DNA of 63,372 nt, the filler included, from Stramenopiles sp. TOSAG23-3 (lineage: Eukaryota): assembly GCA_900128585.1 (NCBI GenBank). It is 14 parts of 14 records of this genome, joined end to end, with 100 filler letters (N's around TTAATTAATTAA, not from the genome) between each part and the next. Parts side by side here need not be neighbours in the genome. Positions count along the whole stretch, not along the records: positions 43,815 to 49,178 come from LT643549.1; positions 49,279 to 54,625 come from LT643550.1; positions 54,726 to 60,066 come from LT643551.1; 11 more parts are not named here. The stretch is one strand, 5' to 3'. The translations under genes and the position numbers were made by a program. The notes beneath the pieces were generated by a model, which worked only from the letters and a program-made list of their open reading frames with translations, did not search any database and was not told the origin of the DNA. Shown one piece after another: positions 45,412-57,399 of the stretch (its first letter is position 1; each line of letters starts with the position of its first letter).

Positions 45412-45939
45412 ATGTGCTCTAAACTGTTGTTGTTGATGGTCCTCTCCTTGCTGGTGCGCACGTCGCCAGTCTGGGCAGAAGAGAAGAGGAAACGTGACGC
45501 GCACGAGTACCTGGCGCATTGGTACCCGAAAGGAAACGCATACGTAGTTATTGCCAAAGCCCCTGTGAACAAAGTTGTAATGGTCGAAGGGGTACACTTT
45601 TTCCCACCAGAATATGTTTTCGTGAACAAGCACCCGATTGAGTTTTTCGAATCAGCTCGAACGCATACCCATGATAAGATAGGAAATGGGACGTTCTATA
45701 ACGTGGCCGAGAGTTACGAACACAATGCAAATATTGTGAAGCATGAAAACGACCATGTGGCACTCACCTATAAGGATCCTAGTGAGAAATTCGAACATAT
45801 TAAGGGGTTCTTCTCGTTTGTCAGAAAGGTAAAGATCGTAGAAATGGAACACTACGACGGGCACGTCCACCACGATGGTATGAGAATGTACCGTGATCAC
45901 AGACATCACAGCTCCGATCACTCGCATATCGAGTTGTAG
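45412..45939 (+). CDS. DUF427-family protein with signal peptide and His-rich HIEL tail
   Basis: VIA...VEGVHFFPPEYV...G.GTFYNV...ALTYKDP...HIKGFFSF matches the DUF427 layout. Confidence 0.7.
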   Translation: MCSKLLLLMVLSLLVRTSPVWAEEKRKRDAHEYLAHWYPKGNAYVVIAKAPVNKVVMVEGVHFFPPEYVFVNKHPIEFFESARTHTHDKIGNGTFYNVAESYEHNANIVKHENDHVALTYKDPSEKFEHIKGFFSFVRKVKIVEMEHYDGHVHHDGMRMYRDHRHHSSDHSHIEL

Positions 45940-46099
45940 AAATGTGGAATTTTACACCGGCGTGCGAAGTACAAGATGGAAAATATTAAATTCAGAACTC
46001 AGATACTTAGACGTATAAACTACCTTTTCCTCTTCATCATATCGTAACTTATCATAACGATTAATTTACCGTATGCATACACAGTCAGTCCAGACAAGG

Positions 46100-48782
46100 T
46101 CAATCGGAGTCGTAAATGGCACTAGCGTACTTCAGTATTGCCTCGCAAACAAGAAAATTCCGAAGCCTGCGGGCGCACGCATCGGCATTCTCTCCAACAC
46201 AATTCGTTAAGTTCGGGTTGCACCCCTTTTTGCAAAGTTCAAGGACGGCATCGACGCTGTTGAACTTGGCCCCGGTGTGAATTGGGGTGTTCCCGTTGTT
46301 GTCGCGAGGGTTCTTCTTGGCCTTTCTCAGAAGCAGCACACGAACCACGTTTGGGGAGTTCGCAAGGCTGGCGATGTGAAGTGGGGTTCGGCCCAGCTTG
46401 TCAACAGGGTTCTTCTCTGCACCGCGCTCCAAGAGCACCCGGGCAGCAGCTGCGTTGTTGCTTCGTGCCGCCCAGTGGAGGGGGGTGTATCCTCCCGTGT
46501 CCACAGCATTTAGCGAAGCGTTGACTTGACATAATCGAAGGGTAAACGGGCACATCAAATGGTGCAAAATGTAAACCTTTCTCTCCTCGCGGTTTAACCC
46601 TATGTCCATGAGATCCTGCTCGTTGGCCATTCTGAAAAATTCCATCTTGACGTACCCCTTGCTTATAAATTGCGTAAAATACTTGTCTAAACCGACCACT
46701 TTCAAAGCAATCAACACCCTGATCCTTTCTGTTTTTCCTTTGAACCCCAGGCGGTCGAGGTCGAAACTGGTCATGTTAGGCGTCTCTTTGGGTGGGTCTA
46801 TCCAGCACGTTTTGTCTATTCTATGAAAATACTGGTCCAGCTTCATGCTTTGCAACGAAAGAAAGGCTGCTAGACGGATCAGTTCGTTGCTCGCCAGGGC
46901 AAGCTCGTCATTTTTGCGGACAAAATTGTCTACCTTTACCATGTCCTTTTTCAAAGGCACGGGAAAAAAGTTTTCTAATTTGATGTGGCACAGTTTACAA
47001 AACATGATAAAGCGCAGGTTGTCGCTCAAGTCAAAACCGAACGCTCGCAACTGCACGACCGTCGCTTCCGAGAATTTTATCTCCTTCAATTTTGAGTAAT
47101 ATGCCTTTAAGTCGCAATACCGCAACGCTAGATACAACCGGAGGTCGTCGAAATCCTCTGCGTCCAGCAAAGCCGGGTGCTGGAGTTCCTTTTTGGTAAT
47201 GAGTTGTGCTGTCCCATCCTCTAAAGTTATGTTTATGTTTTCCGGCGGAAACAAGAACGTATCCTGGATGTCCCCGCACCCTATCTTGTCTAAACACAAT
47301 TGAAAGATTATCTCGATTTTTCTGTCCGTGTCCTGGTCGAAGAAATCATTGCTGCGTAGATGAACGTACGTTTTTATCGGAAACTTGTTTTTCTCGAAAC
47401 AGTCATACGTTTGGGGGTACAATCCAACTTTTTGTAAAATTATCGTATTCTCTTCGATATCAAACCCTGCCATTTGTGTTTTGACGAACCGTTCCAACTG
47501 CTCGTCGTGCTTGCTCCACAATTAGCGCGTGCGTGTCCTCGTGGTCTAAGTGAGTAATGTCGGTTCCACCGACTTCAATAACTCTATCCCCAGAGCAGAT
47601 GACGTTTGAATTTTCCGCCTGGCCGTTTGGTGAAATTACAGTAACGATAGAGCCCTCTATTTCACCTTCTGGTGTTTCAATCCCCATCCCAAACGAACCC
47701 TCGTGAAACACGAATTTGTACGTCAGCGGATCCCGCATGCCTTCATCGAGTGAGCGGAATGTCATTACTAGGCTTTGAAACTCTTCCCGCAAGATAATAC
47801 CGTCCTTGTCCTTATCGAAGCTATCGAACAGGTCCCGCAGATTTTTCAACTGCCGATCTCGCAGTTCTTTCCCAAGCTCTTGGCGTTTTAGTGTTGAGAC
47901 CGATTTGGCCGTTTCCTTCCGCTTGTTTCTCGAGGCAGTATTGTCGTACGCATGTTGGCCACCGACGGACTTTTTCACCTCCTTGGTAGCACTCTTTACA
48001 TTCCCCAAGGGCGTTGGGGACTTTAGCCACCCCTCAATGGCGTCAAACAGATTTCCCACCCTTTTATTGAATTTGCTTTCGCTTGCGAATCGCATCTTTT
48101 CCTCGACGGGTTTCATTATCATGTTGCTTACCCACTGCATAAACTCGTCTTTCGAAGCCTCGCCCTCATCATTTACATCTAGATCACTGAGCACCATTAT
48201 GCCCATCGCCTCGTCTGGTCGCGGCATGGCGAGCTCCGGTCTCAGCTTGCTCAAGCACCCGATCATTGCCCGAAACTCAGCTTCCGATATCATTCCCGTG
48301 TCGTCGCGGTCAAATTTATCAAAGAGTTGGTCTACCCGAAGGCGGTGGGTGTCCTTCGTCTCTTTCTTATGGTCTCTTTTTCGTTTTCGTCTACTGTATT
48401 CCTTCTTCGCTTGGTTTCTGCGCTGCAAAGCTTGTATTTTTGTGGCGGCCTCCTCTTGGTCCGTTCTCGCCCGATTGGCCTCTTCCTCCCGCTTGACAAC
48501 ACCTTTCCTTGCATTTCTGCCCCTTTGGATCCTTTGTATTTTGGTCGCCGCCTCGTCCTTTTCCTGCCTCTCCCGGCTTTGCTTCCGTGATTTTCGACCC
48601 CTTTGAATGCTTTGAATCTTGGTGGCGGCGGCGTCTTCTTTCGAGATTCCAGGCTTGCGGCTTTTTGACTTCCTCTTCCCTTGCTTGGACTTTCCTTTTC
48701 GCTGCTTTGTCGATTTGGCGCGTTTGCCCTTGCCCCGTTTCTGTTTACTCTCTTCTACGCGCCCTTCCCTGACCTCGCTCAT
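46100..48782 (-). CDS. IQ / EF-hand / PDZ / SAM-like / ankyrin-repeat protein with a frame break near 47505
   Basis: Three AATKIQ..QR IQ motifs, DRDDTG and DKDKDG EF-hands, PDZ (GSFGMG...GDRVIEVGG); second frame has a SAM-like motif (VGLDKYFTQF...DLMDIGL) and TPLH ankyrins. Confidence 0.75.
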
Positions 48783-49109
48783 GATCCGCACCGACCGATT
48801 CCTCTATGTGCTCCTACCTCTCCCCCAAAATACACACACGCACACACACAAACGCAAAAAACACACACTGTGTAAAGTTCAACGCTTTCGCCGCCTAACT
48901 GACGTGGTTGAACGAAAGCCCTCCCTGAAACCAATAAGAATCAAAAAATCAATGTAAAAGAGTGGAAAGGGAATGGGAAAGAGGGAATGGAACATATACA
49001 TCGTAGTAATACAATAAATATAATAAATTTATATAATAATAAAATATGGTTTTTATCGTTACTCTATTTTCTCTTTCTTTCTTTGTTGTTCATGTAACAT
49101 TAAAATGAT

Positions 49110-49278
49110 GATCTCTTCTTCTTTCTTCTTTCTTCTTCTTCTTCTTCTTCTTCTTCTTCTTCTTCTTCTTCTTCTTCTNNNNNNNNNNNNNNNNNNNNNN
49201 NNNNNNNNNNNNNNNNNNNNNNTTAATTAATTAANNNNNNNNNNNNNNNNNNNNNNNNNNNNNNNNNNNNNNNNNNNN

Positions 49279-49322
<44 letters not shown>

Positions 49323-49326
49323 AGAA
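49110..49326. repeat. (TTC)n and (GAAA)n tracts at the two contig ends flanking a spacer
   Basis: Both contigs terminate in microsatellite. Confidence 0.85.
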
Positions 49327-49835
49327 CGACTCTTTTTGTTGTTGTGTTCTTGTAGTTCTTGTAGTGTCTGTCTATCTATATATTATTATAAATAATAATA
49401 CTACATTATAATTCTCTTCCTCCTTATTATTATATTAAAGACAACAAGACGACGACAATTATATTATTATTTATTATGTTTTTTATTACTTTATATATTA
49501 CTTTATAGGCAGGAGGTGGTTGAAGAAGAAAGAAAAGAAACCACCACCAAACCAGAAAACAATATCAATACTGTACCTTTGCACAGAAGAAAAGACAGAT
49601 GCATATTTAAACGTTTATTTGAACCTTTGTTGCCCGTTCGGTTTTTTCAGTGTTTCTTTCCGCTGTTGTCGTGCGTGTGCATGGGTTTGTAGAACACAGC
49701 CCAACTTCCGAAGCGCGACCTGCCGTTTGTTTATCGATCAAATACTTTCCTTGCTCCATATATATACGTGGCGTGTTTTCGTTTGAGCCCTCGCTCCCAA
49801 CTCTCTATTTTTCTCTCTCTCTCCAAAGTATCAGG

Positions 49836-51647
49836 ATGGGGGCGTACACATACAGCAGCGCGTCTCTGGCGCTGGCTGTAATATTTAGTGTTGTTTCTTT
49901 CGGTGCATGCGGGGGCGTCCCCCTGCCGAAAGTTTTGGCATTTCAGGACCCCCCGAACACGCCGCCCGGGGCGGTTCGGTGGCCGGAGCTGGACCTCCCC
50001 GACGTCGCCGCCAAGCCCCCGTACGGCATGGTTTTTTCCGGAGGAGGCTCACGGGCCTACGTTGCCGCGGTCGGTGTTTTAGGGGGACTAACGGAGCTGG
50101 GGCTGATCGAACGAATACGCTACGTGGGAGGAGCGTCCGGCGGGGGATGGGCCACCGCCGCGTACAGTTACTTTCAGCCGAGCCAGCTCAACTTTCAGAC
50201 CGGGGAGCAAGGCGCCGCGAACGACGAGGAGCTGCTTGGAAACATAACGTTCCCGATGGACATCACCCCTGACAGCCTGGAACAGATGTCTCCGAACTGT
50301 CTGCGAGGGTCCATGAACCACGACGTCGTGAAGGACTTTCTGTCCTCGTACCTTCACAATGGCTTCCACTTTCACAAAGCGTTCATCGATGGGATCCATA
50401 AGATTTACTTGGCCCGGGCCAACATACCGAAGCCCTACGGCAGCCCGCCGAAGCTATTTTCGTACGACTCGGACACCATCGCGGACATTAAGGCCCGGAA
50501 CCCGGCGCTGACGAACGATTTCATTGTGCCTGCACCTGGAAGGCCGTTCATGCTGCTCGGGTTCACCTTGCTCGGGCCGACGGAGCTTGTCCCCTTGGAC
50601 AAGTCCAACCGGACCTACACCGTGTTGGAGTCCAACCCGTTGTATACCGGGCGGCCCGACACCAGCGTGTACACGTACCAATCGGCGAGCAAGAAGAAGC
50701 CTGCCCAGCCCAAGATCGTGGGGGGCGCGATCGAGACGTTTGCGTTCGGGGCGTCGAGCCCGTCCGTCCGCCTCCTGCCGAACGAGACGGTCGGCACGCT
50801 GCCCAGCATGACCCTGCCAGGGGAGCCCTTTACCCTGGCCCACGCCGCTGCGACGGGAGGTTGGGCCGCCGCGGACGAGATCGCCGCGCAGCTGGGGAAG
50901 TTGGCCCCGATCGCAGAGGACCTTTTTGGGCTGGACCGGCTGTACTTTTCCTCCGCGACTCCGCCAACGGGTGCCAATCCGCAGCCCTCGGACGACTTTA
51001 GCCTTGGGGACTCGGGGATCACCGAAAACCTACACTTGATCAACATGCTCAGGAGGGAAGACTTGGAGGGCATCCTGGTGTTTACCAACTCCAACCAGTT
51101 CGTCAACCCCGTGAAGAAGTGGGACCCGACGAAGCGGCCGCCGACCCCGGGCGACTTGGATGACACGATCCCAAATTACTTCGGGATAGACCCGGACAAG
51201 CCCGCCGCCGCCTGGGATTACAGTCGAAACCATGTGTTCGAAACGTCCCAGTTCGTACCCTTCGCCCAGAAGCTGCAGGCCGCCGTGGAGAAAGGGGATG
51301 GGCCGATCGTTCAAATGACGCTCAACGTCGTTGACAACGCGTTTTGGGGAATCCGCGGTGGCCGGTCCATCAAGGTCACGTGGGTCTACCTGTGCAGGAC
51401 GTTTGGGTGGGAAGACCAGCTCCCACAGTTTTTAAAGGACGAGATGGTCCCGAAGGAGAGGGACCCAAGCGTTTTGCCCGGTAAAGATTCGAAATTCCCA
51501 CTTTTCCCGCACTACCCGACGATGCAGTTGCAATTGTCCGCGGCCGAAACCAACCTTCTCGCAGACATGATGGGCTGGATCATCATTAAGAACCAGGACC
51601 TGTTTTGCCCATTTCTTGGAATTCATGGCGGGTGCCCCCGTCGATGA
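49836..51647 (+). CDS. Secreted patatin/cPLA2-like (lysophospholipase-type) lipase
   Basis: SGGGSRA oxyanion motif, GASGG nucleophile, DSG; signal-like leader after ATG 49836. Confidence 0.8.
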   Translation: MGAYTYSSASLALAVIFSVVSFGACGGVPLPKVLAFQDPPNTPPGAVRWPELDLPDVAAKPPYGMVFSGGGSRAYVAAVGVLGGLTELGLIERIRYVGGASGGGWATAAYSYFQPSQLNFQTGEQGAANDEELLGNITFPMDITPDSLEQMSPNCLRGSMNHDVVKDFLSSYLHNGFHFHKAFIDGIHKIYLARANIPKPYGSPPKLFSYDSDTIADIKARNPALTNDFIVPAPGRPFMLLGFTLLGPTELVPLDKSNRTYTVLESNPLYTGRPDTSVYTYQSASKKKPAQPKIVGGAIETFAFGASSPSVRLLPNETVGTLPSMTLPGEPFTLAHAAATGGWAAADEIAAQLGKLAPIAEDLFGLDRLYFSSATPPTGANPQPSDDFSLGDSGITENLHLINMLRREDLEGILVFTNSNQFVNPVKKWDPTKRPPTPGDLDDTIPNYFGIDPDKPAAAWDYSRNHVFETSQFVPFAQKLQAAVEKGDGPIVQMTLNVVDNAFWGIRGGRSIKVTWVYLCRTFGWEDQLPQFLKDEMVPKERDPSVLPGKDSKFPLFPHYPTMQLQLSAAETNLLADMMGWIIIKNQDLFCPFLGIHGGCPRR

Positions 51648-52340
51648 ATTCGATTTGTACATACATAACGACGGCAAAAAAACAACATGCATTGGCATCT
51701 TTATTGTAAACGGCATGTTTTTCTGTTAAAATGCACACGTATAAGAATGAATTAAATTCTTCTCACAATCTTGATTTTTATTTTATATCTCACGGAAAAC
51801 TTGTTTGTTTTTTTCAATTAATTTATGATTGTATATAGAAGCAATAAGTTTTTATGATCCGACCATCATACAGGTTCAACTTACAATGCGCACCAGAGAA
51901 AACTAAGTTAGCAGAGAAAACTAGTAGACTAATAAAGACAAGTCAAATTATTAAGTACAATTATAAATTAATCTCTTAGTAAGTATTACCTATCTAATTT
52001 GGTTTATTTGAATTCTTTTTTTAAAATTATAAATATATTAAATAACGGTGGGTTCATCATTTTACCAACAAAAAAAAAAAGTCAATGGGATTTTTCAAAT
52101 ATAATACAACACACCAGCCACATATTATGTTGTATTAATTAATAATACAACCGAAGTAAAAAAGAAAGGAAGGAATAAACTCCTTTATAGTATAACAAAA
52201 GGAATCGAGCATTTAGTTTAAGCAGGGAATGAATGTATCGATCGAAGGAGAGAGAGAGAGAGAGAGACGAGTTTGTTGAATATATATTTATATAGACTAT
52301 ATATATACACACAATCTGAGCATCGCACGATACTACTATC

Positions 52341-52676
52341 ATGGCCGCCCAAGGAGCAACCCTGCAAAACTACAACAACCAACTTGTCAAATGCATTGAA
52401 GATTTGCGGGAGAAACGAGAGGAAGTCAACAGGCAGATTCTTACGGAGGAAGAGGAGAAGGCAAAGATTCAGAAGGATTTGAGTATTCTGACGGACCGCC
52501 TGTCGAAAATCAACGAAAGCCTTTCCCGCAAGAACCAAGCACGGAACGAGTACGACAAGACCATTCAAGAAACGGAAGCAGCCTACATGAAGATTCTGGA
52601 GTCCAGTCAAACCCTGCTGCACGTATTGAAGCGAGAGAGCGTCAACCTCACAAAGAAGCAGTCTTCAGCACAATAA
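52341..52676 (+). CDS. SSNA1: SSNA1/DIP13/NA14 microtubule-associated protein
   Basis: [20 protein letters not shown]...[24 protein letters not shown]. Confidence 0.96.
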   Translation: MAAQGATLQNYNNQLVKCIEDLREKREEVNRQILTEEEEKAKIQKDLSILTDRLSKINESLSRKNQARNEYDKTIQETEAAYMKILESSQTLLHVLKRESVNLTKKQSSAQ

Positions 52677-52857
52677 ACCACAACCTGTCGTTAGAGCTAC
52701 AATCGCCACCGTATGCAAGCAAGCCGCAAAAAATGATACATGTACAAATATGTTTTATGAAAAAAATGAAGAATCTAAAACAAAATCACGTCATGTTTTT
52801 GTATTTCCACACTCTCCTCTGCTGCTGTTTGTTCTCTCCCTGTGATGCGCAACGCCG

Positions 52858-54456
52858 CTACACCAGCCTGGACCACTTTGCTTTCTTGCTCTTCTTACCC
52901 TTCTTTCTCGCCCCTTCCGTGCTCACCCCTTGTGCTCCGGGCAGGGGCCCTTCGAACGCGCCTTTCCCTGCCCCCACTCCCCAGGAGGAGCCACCAGAGG
53001 GTTGGGGATGGCTCGCCAGAGCGGGCCATTGGGGCTTCCCGCTGCTCGCCACATTGTCCCCCAGCGTGGGCCACCCGCCGTCCTCGGTCCCGCCGCGAAC
53101 ATTTTCAAACCCAGGAGCCCCCCCCCCCCGCTTCGCCGCTTTATTCGAAAATGACACCCCCGAGAGAGGCTTCGGGGACAAAAAAAAGTCACCGATTAAG
53201 CTGACGTGGTCGGACGACCAGAATCGGTTGGGCAATCCCCCATTTTGAGCCTCGTCTAAATCGTCCAGTGCTGGGACGTTGTACCGTGCCGTCGCGGTGA
53301 TCTGCTGGTTAAAGAAGATGTAGTCCACCGTCGTTCTTTGGGAGTAGCGTGTGTACGAGGTGCACCACGGCTCGCCAAGCCCATCGTACGACCGTCGTTC
53401 CTCCCGTTCATTGTGCACGTAATAATCGTAGAGGCTGGAAAAATCACCAAATTCGTGGGAGTACGAGGTTCCCTCTGGAAAGTATCTGTTGACAGGGCCC
53501 CGTTTACGACTGGGGCCACCGCCACGCCGACCGTCGTTACGATTGTTCTGCATTGCTTTGACATAGTTCATGTCCCCCGCGCGGGACACTTTTCTATAAT
53601 CCACCGAACCCAAGTCCCCAGTCAAGCCTCGGCGAACGTAGTCGTAGACCAAACTGCCCGGGGAGGAGTTGAAATCGCCGGCCAACACTATCGCCGGCGG
53701 AGCTGTCTTGGCGCTCGCCCCAACGCCCCGAGACACCATCGCGTTGATTTCTTTGCACACCAGATCTATTTGCGCCATTTTGATATCTCCCCTGCTTGGA
53801 TTGAAAAGTAAATGCGTCGTTGCGACGAAAAGGTCGCAGCCGTGGCGGCCCGAAGAGCCCGAAGAACCCCCCCCATTCGGTCGAAATTGGGCAATGCAAG
53901 CCACGTTATCACGGTCTAAAATAGGGTTCAGCGTGGGTCGCTTCAATTCCACGGTATGGGTCGACACTACTGTAAACTCAGAACTTTTGTACAAGATAGC
54001 AACGCAGTCGCACTTGCTTTCCCCGCCGGTCCTTCGCTTTAGGGCCGCGATGCGGTACCCTTCCGACTCCAGCGCAGGGAAAATGTCTCGAAGAAATCGG
54101 CCCTCTTCCGCCTCCTGCACGCAAAGTACGCTCGGCAAGTAGCTTACTATTTCCCGAACCAAGTTTTTGCAGCGGTAGTCCCATTTCAAAAATTCTTGCG
54201 GCAGGTGGTTGTACAGACTCGGGTTGGCGTACAGCAAGTAGTCTGCCAACAGGTTGTAGCTCATCACACGGAAGTGGAATTTATCTGCCGCGGGCTCGCC
54301 ATTGCCACTCGTTTCGAGATTTTCGCGCTCAAGCATATCAAGTTGCTGCTGCAACAGGGACGGTTCCTCTTCCCCACCAATATTTACGTACGCCCTGGTA
54401 TAAAAGGGCAGGTCCACAGGACCGGCGTTCCCCCCACCTGCGGCAAGCGAGGCCAT
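52858..54456 (-). CDS. Angel-type CCR4/EEP-family phosphatase
   Basis: MSYNLLAD, CVQE, DRDNV, THLLFNPSRGDIKMAQ, GDFNS, VDYIF, SSDH. Confidence 0.88.
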   Translation of the reverse strand: MASLAAGGGNAGPVDLPFYTRAYVNIGGEEEPSLLQQQLDMLERENLETSGNGEPAADKFHFRVMSYNLLADYLLYANPSLYNHLPQEFLKWDYRCKNLVREIVSYLPSVLCVQEAEEGRFLRDIFPALESEGYRIAALKRRTGGESKCDCVAILYKSSEFTVVSTHTVELKRPTLNPILDRDNVACIAQFRPNGGGSSGSSGRHGCDLFVATTHLLFNPSRGDIKMAQIDLVCKEINAMVSRGVGASAKTAPPAIVLAGDFNSSPGSLVYDYVRRGLTGDLGSVDYRKVSRAGDMNYVKAMQNNRNDGRRGGGPSRKRGPVNRYFPEGTSYSHEFGDFSSLYDYYVHNEREERRSYDGLGEPWCTSYTRYSQRTTVDYIFFNQQITATARYNVPALDDLDEAQNGGLPNRFWSSDHVSLIGDFFLSPKPLSGVSFSNKAAKRGGGAPGFENVRGGTEDGGWPTLGDNVASSGKPQWPALASHPQPSGGSSWGVGAGKGAFEGPLPGAQGVSTEGARKKGKKSKKAKWSRLV

Positions 54457-54726
54457 GTCCACCTTTTCCCTCCTCGTCGTAGGTCAACTGCAAGGATTAT
54501 TCTATACGCATAGACGTTGCTATTATTTTATCAACGTACTGAAACATATCTATCTACCAGCTCGTTTTTTTGTCTATCTATTTCCACGTCAGTTGTTGCC
54601 TTGTGATATTCATAACATTTAAATANNNNNNNNNNNNNNNNNNNNNNNNNNNNNNNNNNNNNNNNNNNNTTAATTAATTAANNNNNNNNNNNNNNNNNNN
54701 NNNNNNNNNNNNNNNNNNNNNNNNNA

Positions 54727-55530
54727 CAGATTGTTGATGTTAATTTTGATTTTGTCGATTTTAATGAATCCTGTTTTCACATGACACGCCAATTAATTTC
54801 CAATTCTGCATGGGCATCATTTGGTGTTAGTGAAATTACAAACGCAGTGATTGATCAAGTTGCAGTAGGAACTGTCATTAAAGTTGACGAGGCAATTACT
54901 GGATTTATTACTGCTTTGAATATTAATAATAAAAATATTAAACAATCTTCAAAAGAAATGCAAAAGTTTTTATTGCGTACATGTCCAAATGCACAAAAAA
55001 TGAATCAAATATTAAGTAATAATAGACAAAATGTTGGGGTTTTGATTAGTGAAAGATTGGTAAATTTACCATCTGAATTGTCCCCGGCAATGCATCGTTC
55101 GTTTTTAGATGATATTGAATGGGCTAGTGGGAACACTAGTGGTTTAAATGATTCATTAAGAAAAGAACTTTCATTTGATTATTTAATTGCATTTAGCACG
55201 GTGTATATAACAGGAGGAAATAGCAACAGTAGCAGCGGCAGTAAGAAAAAAAAGAAAAAGAAAAAGAAACGTAGTAAAAAGAAACAAAAAATTAGTAATG
55301 ATGGTAGTGGTACAAATGAACAAATTTATTATGTTAAATTTGAGGACGAAATATTGCGAGATAGTGCTACATTGAGTTATACATGCCCATTACGTACAAG
55401 TGGGATAGATACGGAGCCACGAAGTATGGGTCCATTCGGTATTGAAAGTTGTTTAGTCATGGTATTGGAAATTGGTAAATTAAAAGGATGTGTTGAACGA
55501 TTAAGTTTGTTAGTTCAACAGCAACAATAA
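54727..55530 (+). CDS. BCP1: BCP1/BCCIP-family protein, 5' truncated
   Basis: VDVNFDF...FH...LISERLVNLPSELSPAM...FDYLI...FEDEIL. Confidence 0.85.
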   Translation, partial: QIVDVNFDFVDFNESCFHMTRQLISNSAWASFGVSEITNAVIDQVAVGTVIKVDEAITGFITALNINNKNIKQSSKEMQKFLLRTCPNAQKMNQILSNNRQNVGVLISERLVNLPSELSPAMHRSFLDDIEWASGNTSGLNDSLRKELSFDYLIAFSTVYITGGNSNSSSGSKKKKKKKKKRSKKKQKISNDGSGTNEQIYYVKFEDEILRDSATLSYTCPLRTSGIDTEPRSMGPFGIESCLVMVLEIGKLKGCVERLSLLVQQQQ

Positions 55531-56660
55531 TATGGTAAATTGATGTAATGGTGGCGGCGGTGGCGATGGGGATAAATGAAATTAAAAGAAGAAGAGTTGA
55601 ATACAGTAATCGTCTAGAAATATTGTCATTCACCACATACAAGAGATGTAATTTTAATAAATGATGAGACACCATAGTATAATAATTCATATATAAAAAG
55701 TAAATAAATATATTTTTAAATATTCTAATTCATTTTATGTATAAATTACAGAAGAAGAATATAATTCTGTGAAATTTAGCATGTAAATAGCACCGTGCCA
55801 CCCACTGATGTTTTGGCACCCACCATAACCACAAAAAATGTAGCTAAATAATTAGATATAGTTCCAGCTGCCGCACAGACGGCAAGGACCCCTGCCTTCG
55901 AGATAAAAATTAAGTGTTCTCAGGAAGTTATTTTGCCTATATAAAATTGTATTCTTTAAGCTAAGTACAGATTTGGTTGGTTTGTGTCGATTCAGTTTTT
56001 CTCTTTGGTCGATTGGTGGCGATGTTGTATAGTTACAATGAGGGTTCAGGATAACGGTGCTGTGTATATACTATTGACACCAATGGTATGTCTATTCTAA
56101 TCAAGTCCGTGTATTATTGGATGCTGTGTATATATACTATTGAAAATCAATGGTATGTCTATGCTGAGACTTTTTTAGGCCGTCACAGCACTATTTTGTC
56201 ACGCTTTTACCTGCTATTGCGGCCTAATTAGTGTCCGCAAAACGCTAATGGTATTTCCATATAGCCAAGCGTGACATTTTCAGTTATACTTTTCGTATAC
56301 TAATTATCGTCTTTTCCTAATGATTTTTTTCGATTAATTTTAGTGAACCCTTTGATCTATCAGATAGAGTAATAGAATTTTTAATTTAGATAGTAAAAAA
56401 TATACTATTTATAATAAGTTATATTATACTTAAATATTTAAGAACTTATATACTTAATTTAAAGAATTTGATACCCATAGATCACGAGGCAGGGAATATA
56501 CATTGTATTAAGAAAAGAGAGTGTGTACATATATATATATGTATATTGAAAATAAAAACATAATAATACATATTCAATCAAGCTGTGTAAGAAACAATAT
56601 TGAATTAAATAAATATATATACCTATTGAGAAAAAAAATAAAACCAAGTAATTTTGAAAT

Positions 56661-57167
56661 ATGGCAAAGAAAGGTAAAAAATGTTGTGCATTAAATGGTA
56701 AACAAATCGCTGCTATTTTTGGTTTGTTATTATCAGTTTATGCATTATACGTAGAACATAAAGCAGTGGAGATGCCTGGTTATAAAGCAGCCTGCGATAT
56801 TGAAGCTATTGGTGTATCATGCTCTAAAGTATTTACAAGTAAATATGGCAGAATGATGTCCTATTTCGGTTTCGTAGAAGAAGGTAGTGATCTAGATCAA
56901 CCAAACGCAGTATTAGGCATATTATTTTATGGTATCACATTTATTTTACCATATTTAACGTTTATCCCAGGAACTATTAGCAAATTAGGTATGTTTCTAG
57001 CATCCTGCATATCATGTGCAAGTTCGGCATGGCTTGGTTATATCTTGGTATACGTATTGGAAGATATTTGTCTTGTATGTGTATCAACATACATTGTCAA
57101 TGCTATTATTTTAGTATTGGCTTTCTCTGATTTATTTTGTGGTAGTGCAAAGGTTAAAACTAATTAA
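56661..57167 (+). CDS. VKORC1: Vitamin K epoxide reductase
   Basis: GLLLSVYALYVE, ACDI, SCSKVFTSKYG, DQPN, CLVC active site. Confidence 0.93.
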   Translation: MAKKGKKCCALNGKQIAAIFGLLLSVYALYVEHKAVEMPGYKAACDIEAIGVSCSKVFTSKYGRMMSYFGFVEEGSDLDQPNAVLGILFYGITFILPYLTFIPGTISKLGMFLASCISCASSAWLGYILVYVLEDICLVCVSTYIVNAIILVLAFSDLFCGSAKVKTN

Positions 57168-57399
57168 ATATCTCGATGATACATGTATTTATATAGTGTG
57201 TGTGTGTGCACAAGAAGAAGAATATGTAATCATTTTTTAACTTGGACCTGTGAGAGAGATTTGTTTTTAGAAAATTCTTGTTCGTATGTACGTGTATTTG
57301 TACAGCAGCAGTGTGGGCACGCAGAGAAATATATTATATAATTATACAAATTCATATATTACATACTAAAAATAATTTATTATTACATACACACTTTAT

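Noticed and set aside
56059..56165. Two ~42-bp direct repeats upstream of VKOR
   Set aside because: Only two degenerate copies with no other supporting structure
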